Positions 19,109-28,273 are shown, counted from the first letter of the stretch. The stretch is 64,000 nt of DNA from Thalassobaculaceae bacterium (GCA_965228875.1 OZ245843.1:1222616-1286615), one strand, 5' to 3'. The notes: generated by a model not told the origin, from the sequence alone. Translations and numbers: made by a program.

Positions 19109-19907
19109 TCGACAGGACCCGGCCGTCGTCTCTGGGCAGGTGCAGGGCCGTATAGGACATGACCCGGCGCCTGCCGTCGGCGCCCGCCACCACCGCGTGG
19201 CACCGGTGATAGTGCGGGATCCGCTCGAGCTGGCAGGCGGAGATCCGGCCCTCGGCCCATGCGCCGTAGCTGGAATCCGTCTGCCCGGCCATCGGGATGT
19301 GAACCCTCGGCTTCTCGTTGAACAGCAGTCCGGCCACCTCGCGCCCCTGCCATTCGACCCACTGGCGGCCATTGGGGCCGAGATAGGTGAGGGTGGCGCG
19401 GTTGGCCACGTCGTCGGGCACATCGAGGCGTCCCGCGCGCCACAGGTCCAGGGCGCTCCGCTGCAGGTCCGACCCCCATTTCAGGACGTCGTCGGGACGA
19501 TGCATCCGGACACTCGTGTAGGTGCGCGGGCCGTCCGACGCAGGCAGGACATCCGCGCGGGCGCTGCTGATCGAGCCTGCCACGATATCGGTCGCGGCCG
19601 GGGCGCCGAGCAGCAAGCCGAGACCGCCCAGCATCTGTCTGCGAGAGACCACCCGCGGGACGACCTGGTCTTCGATCTCGGGATCCCTGAAACGCACGCC
19701 CGACCCGCCGCCGTTGCCGAACAGGAACTCGATGCCTTCGTGCTCCAGCGCCAGCTGCAGGTTCCGGGTCGTGGACACCAACGGGTCGCGAACGCCGCCC
19801 TCGAACTCGATGACGGTACGCTTGCTGACACCGGCACGGTCGGCGAGCTGCTGCTGCGTGATGCCGAGGAGTGCGCGCGCTCCTCGGCACTGGCGGGGAT
19901 TGATCAT
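19014..19907 (-). CDS. XRE-family HTH protein with internal Tat-like segment and C-terminal PAS-like domain
   Basis: MINPRQCRGARALLGITQQQLADRAGVSKRTVIEFE is a typical alphaproteobacterial XRE; C-terminus PHYHRCHA...SYTALHLP..DG resembles PAS_5. Confidence 0.75.
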   Translation of the reverse strand: MINPRQCRGARALLGITQQQLADRAGVSKRTVIEFEGGVRDPLVSTTRNLQLALEHEGIEFLFGNGGGSGVRFRDPEIEDQVVPRVVSRRQMLGGLGLLLGAPAATDIVAGSISSARADVLPASDGPRTYTSVRMHRPDDVLKWGSDLQRSALDLWRAGRLDVPDDVANRATLTYLGPNGRQWVEWQGREVAGLLFNEKPRVHIPMAGQTDSSYGAWAEGRISACQLERIPHYHRCHAVVAGADGRRRVMSYTALHLPRDDGRVLSISARVAQPKLLPEPPATTSSPANADRERRTG

Positions 19908-20175
19908 TGTGAACGCACTCGCCTCCACGTGGTTTTTTACGCTAGCCATCAATCGCATCGACCATACCGATGCCATGCGCGATCGATTCGGGACTGTTGA
20001 TATAAGAGTATGCATGAAGGTCAGGGGGAATGACACATTCCGCCGACCGGTAGGTCCCTCGGTCAATGCTTCGCCTCGTTCCCGGTGCTCCGCCCGGCGC
20101 ACGGACAGGCTCGGTCACGTCATGGACGGTGAGCGCAGGCGGGTCGGCATCGCGGGACGCGGATGTCGGGACGTC

Positions 20176-20237
20176 TGGCCTGCTGCCAGTTCCGTGGACA
20201 CCGAGATAAGGTGTTACAGGGAACTGGCAGCAGGCCA
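20176..20237. repeat. 62-bp element with perfect 18-bp terminal inverted repeats and TG...CA ends
   Basis: TGGCCTGCTGCCAGTTCC (20176-20193) pairs with GGAACTGGCAGCAGGCCA (20220-20237); inner ACACC/GGTGT stem. Confidence 0.85.
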
Positions 20238-20292
20238 ATCATCGCGGACCGCTGGGACTTCTCGAACGGGATTTCGCACAGCGAGGGAGTAA

Positions 20293-21315
20293 GTGATGGC
20301 AAGGACAACACACACGAGCTGCCCAATCACTGGACAACCGGGCGCGATCTCCGAAGGGCTGGACTTGGACGCAGAACGGGTCAGCAGCCCAGCCACCTTA
20401 GGCCCCGTGACCTACACGCGTTCTCTCCTGGCTGTCTTAGGGAACCGTGGAGCGGATGAGAAGAGAGCTTTCGGACGATGGATTGTAGATCGAAAGCAGT
20501 TTGGAGGGCTTCCGAAGATTGTTAATAGGGATTACTGGAACAAGTACAGGGCGTACCCTGAGTGGTCTCTGACAGAAAGAGCAGACCGGTTGTTCCATTG
20601 GGTTCTTAGGGAGAGGCAGGGCATCGAACCACTCGCTCCCTTTTATCTAACGCCAGATCATCCCGACAGGATCGCGGCTTGCGCCGTTTCCGACAGCGTG
20701 AGTGAGAACCAACTGTTGCTGGTATTGTCGATCCTCGCCGAGCGCGGGCATATCGAGTTTGTAACCCTGACAAACAAACCTGGAAGCGGCGCGCAACCCT
20801 GGTTCAGACTGACCCCAGCAGGATGGGTAGCGTCCGAACACCAGCCAACCGGCAGGATGAGTGATCGCACGTTTGTAGCGATGTGGTTCAGTTCAGAGAC
20901 CGAGGACCTGAAAGAGGCCATATCGGACGGTGTTCGTCATGCTGGCTATGTACCGATCATCATCGACAGAGAGGAGTACACCGGACTGATCGTGGATCAG
21001 ATTATGAAAGAGATCAAATCAGCTCGGTTCGTCATCGCTGACTACACATGTGGATACCAGCAAGGCTCCGAAAGTGAGGAACACTATCAAGCGCGGGGCG
21101 GGGTATACTGGGAGGCAGGTTACGCTCAGGGATTGGGGCTCACTGTGATCTCATCGGTCAGGCGAGACCTGTTTGGTAAGCCGGGTGCATTGCACTTCGA
21201 CCAAGCCCAGTTCAATCACCTCTCTTGGCAACCGGACAAGCTACATGACTTCGAGGAACAATTGAGAGACCGCATTGTAGCTCTGGTCGGATGGGGACCC
21301 CATCGACTGAACTGA
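20293..21315 (+). CDS. Protein with C-terminal nucleoside 2-deoxyribosyltransferase/TIR-like domain; putative defence effector
   Basis: FVAMWFS, IMKEIKSARFVIADYT, RGGVYWEAGYAQGLG, LHFD; preceded by wHTH-like FRLTPAGW; visibly lower GC and atypical codons. Confidence 0.7.
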   Translation: MMARTTHTSCPITGQPGAISEGLDLDAERVSSPATLGPVTYTRSLLAVLGNRGADEKRAFGRWIVDRKQFGGLPKIVNRDYWNKYRAYPEWSLTERADRLFHWVLRERQGIEPLAPFYLTPDHPDRIAACAVSDSVSENQLLLVLSILAERGHIEFVTLTNKPGSGAQPWFRLTPAGWVASEHQPTGRMSDRTFVAMWFSSETEDLKEAISDGVRHAGYVPIIIDREEYTGLIVDQIMKEIKSARFVIADYTCGYQQGSESEEHYQARGGVYWEAGYAQGLGLTVISSVRRDLFGKPGALHFDQAQFNHLSWQPDKLHDFEEQLRDRIVALVGWGPHRLN

Positions 21316-21508
21316 TCTGCTGATGCGCCAGCCCCTGAATTTGTTGTCAGTTGCCAGCGTGCTGCTCCAAAGCCCGCTTCCACCTAGCTTGAATGAACAG
21401 CGGTCAGGCTAGCCCTTTACCTCATCGCTACACAGACGGAGTCACAGCAGTCGCTGGTCCGTTTGTATCTCAGATTCCTATGAGCAGAATTTTGTCATCT
21501 TGACGAAT

Positions 21509-21583
21509 TGGCTCCCGGGGAGGGATTCGAACCCCCGACCAAGCGGTTAACAGCCGCTCGCTCTACCACTGAGCTACCCGGGA
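21509..21583 (-). tRNA. tRNA-Asn(GTT)
   Basis: TCCCGGGTAGCTCAGTGGTAGAGCGAGCGGCTGTTAACCGCTTGGTCGGGGGTTCGAATCCCTCCCCGGGAGCCA. Confidence 0.97.
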
Positions 21584-21651
21584 CCAGAGACCGCGCTGTA
21601 TAGCGCCAGGTCCGATGTCGTTCAAGGCGAATGTCGCCAAATCTTCCCCTC

Positions 21652-21725
21652 TGGAGGCCCCGACCGGAATCGAACCGATGTACAAGGATTTGCAGTCCTC
21701 TGCATAGCCACTCTGCCACGGGGCC
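21652..21725 (-). tRNA. tRNA-Cys(GCA)
   Basis: GGCCCCGTGGCAGAGTGGCTATGCAGAGGACTGCAAATCCTTGTACATCGGTTCGATTCCGGTCGGGGCCTCCA. Confidence 0.97.
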
Positions 21726-21871
21726 GTTTTCGAGCGGGAGAGGCGTGATACCCGAGGCGGATTGGCGGTGCAAGGGGGTAGGACGCTCCGACCGCCGTAA
21801 CGCGCCCTGATGCGGGGCCGGCCGGTCCATCCGTGGCGGATGCGGGATACATTTCCCGTATTGCCAAGCCT

Positions 21872-21895
21872 AAAAGATATATCATTATGTCTTTT
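21872..21895. promoter_or_regulatory. AT-rich palindrome, candidate GntR operator overlapping its promoter
   Basis: AAAAGATATATCATTATGTCTTTT; TTGCCA -35-like hexamer at 21861. Confidence 0.6.
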
Positions 21896-22804
21896 ATGAG
21901 ATCGCGACCGCCCCGTTCCCCCAACTCGACCCGAGCCGACCGCACCGGCCCGCGGGGTGCGGGACGCGCGGCCGAGGCGGCCGGATCGCTCGGGCGGTTC
22001 CGTTCGCCGCTGTACCACCAGATCTACCTGATCATGCGCCAGCGCATCGCCGACGGTGAGTTCGGCGCAGGCGGGACATTGCCGAGCGAACAGGACCTCG
22101 CCGAGTACCATGGCGTGTCGCGGATCACCGCGAAGAGGGCGCTGGACGAACTGGCCCGCGACGGCCTCGTCGTCCGTGAGCGCGGCCGCGGGACCCGTGT
22201 CGTGGAGGGGCGCACCGGCGTGCGGATCTCCGGCGAGGCGACCGGCGCGTTCGACCCGCTGCTCGCCATGGGCGGCGAGACCGAGGTCGCGGTGCGGGAG
22301 TTCGGATACGGTCCCGCCGACACGGATGTCGCCGCCGCCCTGGGCCTGCCGGTCGGCGCCAGCGTGCAACGCGCGGTCCGCGTCCGCTCGGTCGGCGGCG
22401 ACCCGTTCTCGCACATCACCACCCATGTCCCCGAGGATATTGGTCGGACCTTCGATGCCGCCGACCTCGCGGCGAGGCCGATTCTCTCGCTGTTCGAGCG
22501 CGCCGGTGTCGCGCCGGCCAGTGCCGAGCAGGTCGTCTCGGCGACCCTCGCCGATATGGTGGTGGCCGAGCGTCTCGGCATCGATGTCGGTGCGCCGCTG
22601 CTCCGGATCCGCCGGGTCGTTCGTGACGATCGCGGCCGCGCCATCGAGCTCCTGGTGTCGCTCTACCGTTCCGACCTCTACCGGCTGACCATGACGCTGA
22701 GCCGCGGGCTGGATGCCCGGGCGGAGTGGTCGACCGACGCCGTGACCGGATCGCCCTCGGTGACCGGCGACGCCTGGCGCGCCGCCGGCGACGCCGGTGA
22801 ATAG
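21896..22804 (+). CDS. GntR family regulator (HutC/UTRA type)
   Basis: PLYHQI...LPSEQDLAEYHGVSRITAKRALDELARDGLV.RERGRGT; UTRA-like C-terminus; start uncertain (21887 or 21896). Confidence 0.9.
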   Translation: MRSRPPRSPNSTRADRTGPRGAGRAAEAAGSLGRFRSPLYHQIYLIMRQRIADGEFGAGGTLPSEQDLAEYHGVSRITAKRALDELARDGLVVRERGRGTRVVEGRTGVRISGEATGAFDPLLAMGGETEVAVREFGYGPADTDVAAALGLPVGASVQRAVRVRSVGGDPFSHITTHVPEDIGRTFDAADLAARPILSLFERAGVAPASAEQVVSATLADMVVAERLGIDVGAPLLRIRRVVRDDRGRAIELLVSLYRSDLYRLTMTLSRGLDARAEWSTDAVTGSPSVTGDAWRAAGDAGE

Positions 22805-22903
22805 GGGGCCGGCCAGATCGCAACCGCGGGATCCCGCATCAGAACGGGCCCCGCACAACCGGCGAACGCTTCGCCAAACCTGAACAGGAGACGGAGGTTT
22901 AAC

Positions 22904-23743
22904 ATGAACAAGTCAATTCTCTTTGGAGCCGTCGCGGCCCTTGGCCTCGCGGTCGCCGCCCCGGCCACGGCCGAGACCATGAAGATGGCGGCCGATGTCG
23001 GGTATTCGCCGCACGTGATGGCCTCGCCGACGGGTGGCGTCGAGGGCTACAACGTCGACCTGACCAACGAGATCGCCAAGCGCATGGGCGTCGAGGTGGA
23101 GATTGTCGATCAGGAGTGGTCCGGCATCTTCGCGGGCTTGGCGGCCGGCAAGTACGTCGCGATCATCGCGCCGACCACGGTGACCGAGGAACGGGCCGAA
23201 AAAATGCTCTTCGGCGAGCCGTACTTCGAGGTGAACTACCAGTTCCTGATCAAGAAGGGCGCGCCGCAGATCGAGAAGCTCGAGGATCTGAAGGGCAAGA
23301 CCATCGCGGTCAACAAGGGCAACTTCTACGACAAGTGGCTGACCGAGCGTCAGGACGAGTACGGCTGGAAGCTGGAGCGCTTCGGCAAGAACGCCGACGC
23401 CATCGCCGCGGTCGTCGCCGGCCGGGCCGACGCCAACTTCGCCGGCGATACGGTGATGGGCTGGACCGCCAAGCAGAACCCGCTGGTCGAACCCTCCAAG
23501 CTGGTGATCTCCTCGGGCCGCGTCGGCGCCTTCGCCTTCGATCCCTCCAATGCCGATCTGCGCGCCAAGATCGAGAAGGTGGTCGAGTGCATGAAGGCCG
23601 ACGGCACCGTCGCCAAAATCCACGAGAAGTGGACCGGACAGCCGCCGATCGCCGGTGGTGCGGCCTACAAGGTCGAGCCGGGCATCGGCGTTCCGGGCTT
23701 CCCGGGCTACGACGAGACCCCCTCCGACAGCGGCTGCAGCTGA
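22904..23743 (+). CDS. Polar amino acid ABC transporter substrate-binding protein
   Basis: Signal peptide, GYNVDL, WSGIFAGL, TVTEERA, DLKGKTIAV; RBS GGAGG. Confidence 0.9.
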   Translation: MNKSILFGAVAALGLAVAAPATAETMKMAADVGYSPHVMASPTGGVEGYNVDLTNEIAKRMGVEVEIVDQEWSGIFAGLAAGKYVAIIAPTTVTEERAEKMLFGEPYFEVNYQFLIKKGAPQIEKLEDLKGKTIAVNKGNFYDKWLTERQDEYGWKLERFGKNADAIAAVVAGRADANFAGDTVMGWTAKQNPLVEPSKLVISSGRVGAFAFDPSNADLRAKIEKVVECMKADGTVAKIHEKWTGQPPIAGGAAYKVEPGIGVPGFPGYDETPSDSGCS

Positions 23744-23830
23744 TCCGAGAGCACACCCGCCGTCGGCCGCCTCGTGCGGCCGGCGGCTCCCCCGTATTCC
23801 TTTCGTGACCGCCTGACCCGCGAGGTTTCA

Positions 23831-24580
23831 ATGGCGCCAGCCCCGCAATTCGTCGTCGAGGCCTACGACATCCACAAATCCTTCGGCGAGTTCGAAGCAC
23901 TGAAGGGGGTGAACCTGACGGTAGCCCCGCAGGAGCTGGTGTTCATCATCGGCCCGTCGGGGTCGGGCAAGAGCACCATGCTGCGCTGCTGCAATCTCCT
24001 CGAGCAGCCGAGCCGCGGTGTGGTCAAGATCACAGGCGAGGAGATCACCCAGCGCGGCGTCGACATCAACAAGGTCCGCCAGCGCATCGGCATGGTGTTC
24101 CAGCAGTTCAATCTCTATCCGCACATGTCGGCCCTCGGAAACGTGTCGCTGGCCTTGCGCAAGGTGAAGAAGATGGCGCGCAGCGAGGCCGAGGACCGGG
24201 CGCATGCCGCCCTGCGACGGGTCGGGCTCGACGAGAAGGCCGGCAATTTTCCGACCGAGCTGTCCGGCGGCCAGCAGCAGCGCGTGGCGATCGCCCGCGC
24301 CATCGCCATGGAGCCGGACGTCATCCTGTTCGACGAACCGACATCGGCCCTCGATCCGGAACTCGTCGGATCCGTCCTGGAGGTCATGCGCGAGCTGCGG
24401 GAGAGCGGCATGACCATGGTCGTGGTCAGCCACGAGATGCGGTTCGCCCGGGATGCCGCCGACCGGGTGATCTTCATGGATGCCGGTCTGGTCGTCGAGG
24501 AGGGGGCGCCGGAGCGGATCTTCGCGGACGCTCGTTCAGATCGCCTGAAGTCCTTCCTCGCCAGCGTCAACGGTCACTGA
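23831..24580 (+). CDS. Amino acid ABC transporter ATP-binding protein
   Basis: [29 protein letters not shown]. Confidence 0.92.
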   Translation: MAPAPQFVVEAYDIHKSFGEFEALKGVNLTVAPQELVFIIGPSGSGKSTMLRCCNLLEQPSRGVVKITGEEITQRGVDINKVRQRIGMVFQQFNLYPHMSALGNVSLALRKVKKMARSEAEDRAHAALRRVGLDEKAGNFPTELSGGQQQRVAIARAIAMEPDVILFDEPTSALDPELVGSVLEVMRELRESGMTMVVVSHEMRFARDAADRVIFMDAGLVVEEGAPERIFADARSDRLKSFLASVNGH

Positions 24581-24588
24581 GCCGCGCC

Positions 24589-25260
24589 ATGGACCGCTTC
24601 CTCGACCAGTTCTTCAATCTCGAGGTCATGGCCAGGTACCTGCCGGACGTGGCGGCCGGGTTCGTGGTGACCATCGAACTCGCGCTCTTGGTGATCGTCA
24701 CCGGACTGGCCCTGGGCCTCGCGCTCGCCGTCGTGCGCGCGTTCCAGATCCGGCCGGTGAACTGGGCCATCATCCTCTTCGTCGACCTGTTCCGGGCGCT
24801 GCCGCCGCTGGTCATCCTCATCATCTTCTATTTCGGCCTGCCGTTCATCGGCCTCACCATGTCGGCCTTCGTCATCGCCTGGCTGGTGCTCGCCTTCGTG
24901 CTCGCCGCCTTCGCCGAGGAGATCTACTGGGCCGGCATCACCTCGGTGAACAGGGGCCAGTGGGAGGCCGCGCGCTCCACCGGCCTCGGCTTCACCGAAA
25001 CGCTGTTCTACGTCGTCATCCCGCAGGCGGTGCGCATGACGATCCCGCCGCTGACGAACCGGACGATCGCCATCACCAAGAACACGGCCCTGGCCAGCGT
25101 GGTGACGGTGGAGGAGATGCTGACGGTCGCCCAGACCTCGCTCGCCTACGCCGCCAACACCTCGCCGCTCACCATGGCGGCGGTCGGCTATCTGCTGATC
25201 TTCTTCCCACTCACCATGGCGTCGCGCTGGGTCGAGACCCGCTACGCCTGGAAACGCTGA
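24589..25260 (+). CDS. Amino acid ABC transporter permease
   Basis: FRALPPLV, GQWEAARSTGL, PQAVR, KNTALAS. Confidence 0.9.
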   Translation: MDRFLDQFFNLEVMARYLPDVAAGFVVTIELALLVIVTGLALGLALAVVRAFQIRPVNWAIILFVDLFRALPPLVILIIFYFGLPFIGLTMSAFVIAWLVLAFVLAAFAEEIYWAGITSVNRGQWEAARSTGLGFTETLFYVVIPQAVRMTIPPLTNRTIAITKNTALASVVTVEEMLTVAQTSLAYAANTSPLTMAAVGYLLIFFPLTMASRWVETRYAWKR

Positions 25261-25274
25261 GGGGGAGGACGGTC

Positions 25275-25955
25275 ATGCTCGATTGGGAAGTCATCAAGTT
25301 CAGCTTCTTCAACGCCGACAGTCTTGCCCGGATCTACCCCCTGCTGCTCCAGGGCTGGTGGATGACGATCAAGCTCTGTCTCGCCGTGGTGCCGCTCGGG
25401 TTCTGCTTCGGCGTGATCCTGGCGACGCTGCACAGCTTTCATGTCCGCGCCGTAAATATCGGTCTGGTGATCTTCGTCGACTTCTTCCGATCGATCCCGC
25501 CGCTGGTGCTGCTGATCTACGTGACCTACGGCCTGCCGTTCTTCGGCTGGGATGTGCCGCCCTTCGCGGCGGTGCTGGTCGCGTTCACGTTCAATTCGGG
25601 CAGCTACTACGGCGAGATCGTGAGGGCCGGGATCGAGAGCATTCCCGCCGGCCAGATGGAGGCGGCGCGCTCCACCGGGCTAAACCGCCTGCAGGCGATG
25701 GCCTACGTGATTCTGCCTCAGGCGCTGCGCAACGTGGCGCCCGACCTGACCTCGAACACGATCGAACTTATCAAGGCGACGTCGATCGCCAGCGTGGTCG
25801 CCCTGCCGGAACTGCTGCGCATGGGCCGCGTCGCCCAGGGGCTCGTCTACAACGCCACCCCGCTGATGGCGGCGGCGGCGATCTACCTGCTGATGCTGTG
25901 GCCGATGGTCCGCCTGCTCTCCCGACTGGAGCGGCGGATGATGTCGACCCGCTGA
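25275..25955 (+). CDS. Amino acid ABC transporter permease
   Basis: EIVRAGIESIPAGQMEAARSTGL; RBS GGAGG before ATG 25275. Confidence 0.9.
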   Translation: MLDWEVIKFSFFNADSLARIYPLLLQGWWMTIKLCLAVVPLGFCFGVILATLHSFHVRAVNIGLVIFVDFFRSIPPLVLLIYVTYGLPFFGWDVPPFAAVLVAFTFNSGSYYGEIVRAGIESIPAGQMEAARSTGLNRLQAMAYVILPQALRNVAPDLTSNTIELIKATSIASVVALPELLRMGRVAQGLVYNATPLMAAAAIYLLMLWPMVRLLSRLERRMMSTR

Positions 25956-25980
25956 CGCACCTGTACAGAGGGAGGACCGA

Positions 25981-27348
25981 ATGACCGCCTATCTGGATAC
26001 GGTCAGCGACTTCGTCGCGTCCACGAGACTTGCGGAGATCGCGCCCGACGCGATCGATCGCGGCCACCGGGTCTTCGCCGACACCATGGCCGCGATCGGT
26101 GCCGGCGCCCGCGAGCCGGAGGTGCAAGCGCTCAGGGCCCGGCTTGTGCCCGAGCCCGGCGGCAGCGCGAGCATCATCGGCACGGGACTGCGGACTGAGC
26201 CCGCCAAGGCGGCGTTTCTGAACGGCACCGCCGGCACCTTCCTGGAACTCGACGAGGGCAACCAGTACAGCCGCGGGCACCCGGGGATCCACGCCATCCC
26301 CGCCGCTCTCGCCTGGGGAGAGGCGCAGGGCTGCTCCGGCGCCGACGTGCTGGCCGCAGCGATCCTCGGCTACGAGATCGGCGCCCGGATCGGCATCGCC
26401 GCCAAGATCCTGCCGACGATGCACCCGCACGGTACCTGGGGCACGGTCGGAGCGGCGGTGGCCGTCGCCCGGCTCGCCGGGGCCGACGCCGGACAGGTGA
26501 GGGAGGTCATCAACGTCGCCTCCACGCTTGGGCTCGCGACCAGCCGCCAGACCATGCTGCAGGGCGGAACCGTGCGAAACTCCTTCGCCGGCTTCTCCGG
26601 CCAGCTTGGCATCATGGCCTGGCAGATGGTCGAGAGCGGCTTCACCGGCGAGGCCGACGGGCTCGGAACGATCTGGGGTACGGTGGTGTCGACCGACTGG
26701 CAGCCGGAGGAGATGACGCGCGAGCTCGGCACCCGCTGGGAAATCGCCCGCAACTACTTCAAGCGCCACGCCTGCTGCCGCTACAACCACGGCACCCTCG
26801 ACGCCCTGGCGATGATCGTCGACGGCCGCGGCGGACTGGCGCCGGACGAGGTGGCGGGCGTGCGGGTCGAGACCTATTCCCTCGCCGCGCAGCTCCGCGA
26901 CACGACGCCGAGGAATACGCTCGCCGGAAAGTTCTCGGTGCCGTTCGCCGTCGCCTCGACCCTGATCAACGGTTCAAGCGGTGTCGAGAGCTTCACCTGG
27001 GACAAGGTCCGCGACACGCGCATCCAGGCCTTCGCAGACAAGGTCGAGGTTGTCGAGGACCCGGCGCTCACGGCGCTGATGCCCGACTTCCGGCCCGCCC
27101 GTGTCGTGGTGACCCTGACCGACGGCACGGTGCTCGAGGCCGAGACCAGGACCAACCGCGGCGATACCGAAGACCCCTACGACGACGCCGAGCTCGACCG
27201 CAAGTATGCGGAGCTGACCGCCCTGGTCTGGCCCGACGCGGTCGCCCGAGGCATCTACGAGGACTGCTTCCGCCTGGAGGCGCTCGACGACATCAACGCG
27301 CTCACCCGGCGGATGGACGCCGTTTCCCTCGCCGAGGCGGGGGAGTAG
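25981..27348 (+). CDS. MmgE/PrpD family protein
   Basis: AAFLNGTAG..LELDEG...GHPG, GYEIGAR, HPHGTWG, YFKRHACCRYNH, KFSVPFAVA. Confidence 0.88.
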   Translation: MTAYLDTVSDFVASTRLAEIAPDAIDRGHRVFADTMAAIGAGAREPEVQALRARLVPEPGGSASIIGTGLRTEPAKAAFLNGTAGTFLELDEGNQYSRGHPGIHAIPAALAWGEAQGCSGADVLAAAILGYEIGARIGIAAKILPTMHPHGTWGTVGAAVAVARLAGADAGQVREVINVASTLGLATSRQTMLQGGTVRNSFAGFSGQLGIMAWQMVESGFTGEADGLGTIWGTVVSTDWQPEEMTRELGTRWEIARNYFKRHACCRYNHGTLDALAMIVDGRGGLAPDEVAGVRVETYSLAAQLRDTTPRNTLAGKFSVPFAVASTLINGSSGVESFTWDKVRDTRIQAFADKVEVVEDPALTALMPDFRPARVVVTLTDGTVLEAETRTNRGDTEDPYDDAELDRKYAELTALVWPDAVARGIYEDCFRLEALDDINALTRRMDAVSLAEAGE

Positions 27349-27352
27349 AGCG

Positions 27353-28273
27353 ATGAGCCAGACGACGGATCGCATGCGCACCCTGCTCGGGGAACCGGGG
27401 ATCGTCCTGGCACCTGGGTGCTGGGACGCCCTGACCGGCCTGCTGATCGAACAGGCGGGGTTCAAAGCCGCCTATGTCACCGGTGGCGGAATGGCCTACA
27501 CCCGGCTGGGGCGGCCGGATATCGGCCTGATGGGACTGCGCGAGATCGCCGACATCGTCACCCTGATCCGCGAACGGGTCTCTATCCCGCTGATCGTCGA
27601 CGGCGACAACGGGCACGGCAACGCCCTGAACGTCCAGCGCACCGTGCGGGAGTACGAGCGGGCCGGCGCCGACGTCATCCAGCTCGAAGACCAGTCGCTG
27701 CCGAAACGGTGCGGCCACCTCCAGGGCAAGGCGCTGGTCGGCGTCGACGAGATGGTGGGCAAGCTGCACGCCGCGCTGGACGCACGCCACGACACCCTCG
27801 TCATGGCCCGCACCGACGCCATCGCCGTCGAAGGGTTCGAGGCGGCCGTGGACCGGGCGGAGCGCTATGTCGAGGCCGGAGTCGACATGCTGTTCGTCGA
27901 GGCGCCGGAGAGCGACGCGCAGATCGCCGAGATCTCCCGGCGCTTCGCCCACCGCGTGCCGCTGCTCGCCAACATGGTCGAGGGCGGGACGACGCCCATC
28001 CGCTCCGCCGACCAGATGGCGGAGTTCGGTTTCAAGGTGGTGATCTTCCCCGGTGGCACGGCCCGCGCCCTGATCCCGGCGCTCCAGGGGTATCTCGCCT
28101 CGCTGAAGCAGCACGGCACGACGGCTCCCTGGAGCGACCGCATGCTCGACCTCAAGGAGCTGAACGACGTGCTCGGCACGCCCGACCTGCTGGCCGAGGG
28201 CGCACGCTACGACGCCTCGGCCATCGCCCGGACCGCCACCCGCAAAGGAACAGGAACCGATGGCGACGATTGA
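27353..28273 (+). CDS. Isocitrate lyase/PEP mutase family C-C lyase (methylisocitrate or dimethylmalate lyase-like)
   Basis: DGDNGHG, LEDQ..PKRCGH, ARTDA, NMVEGG. Confidence 0.88.
   Translation: MSQTTDRMRTLLGEPGIVLAPGCWDALTGLLIEQAGFKAAYVTGGGMAYTRLGRPDIGLMGLREIADIVTLIRERVSIPLIVDGDNGHGNALNVQRTVREYERAGADVIQLEDQSLPKRCGHLQGKALVGVDEMVGKLHAALDARHDTLVMARTDAIAVEGFEAAVDRAERYVEAGVDMLFVEAPESDAQIAEISRRFAHRVPLLANMVEGGTTPIRSADQMAEFGFKVVIFPGGTARALIPALQGYLASLKQHGTTAPWSDRMLDLKELNDVLGTPDLLAEGARYDASAIARTATRKGTGTDGDD

Noticed and set aside
18398..19907. GNAT toxin-antitoxin interpretation of the GNAT-like/HTH pair
   Set aside because: Known GNAT TA loci are co-transcribed with a small upstream antitoxin, whereas these pairs are convergent and the regulator carries a ligand-binding-type domain; not fully excluded
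20100..21315. Retron (hairpin ncRNA plus NDT effector)
   Set aside because: No reverse transcriptase ORF nearby and no msr/msd a1-a2 organisation recognisable beyond one hairpin
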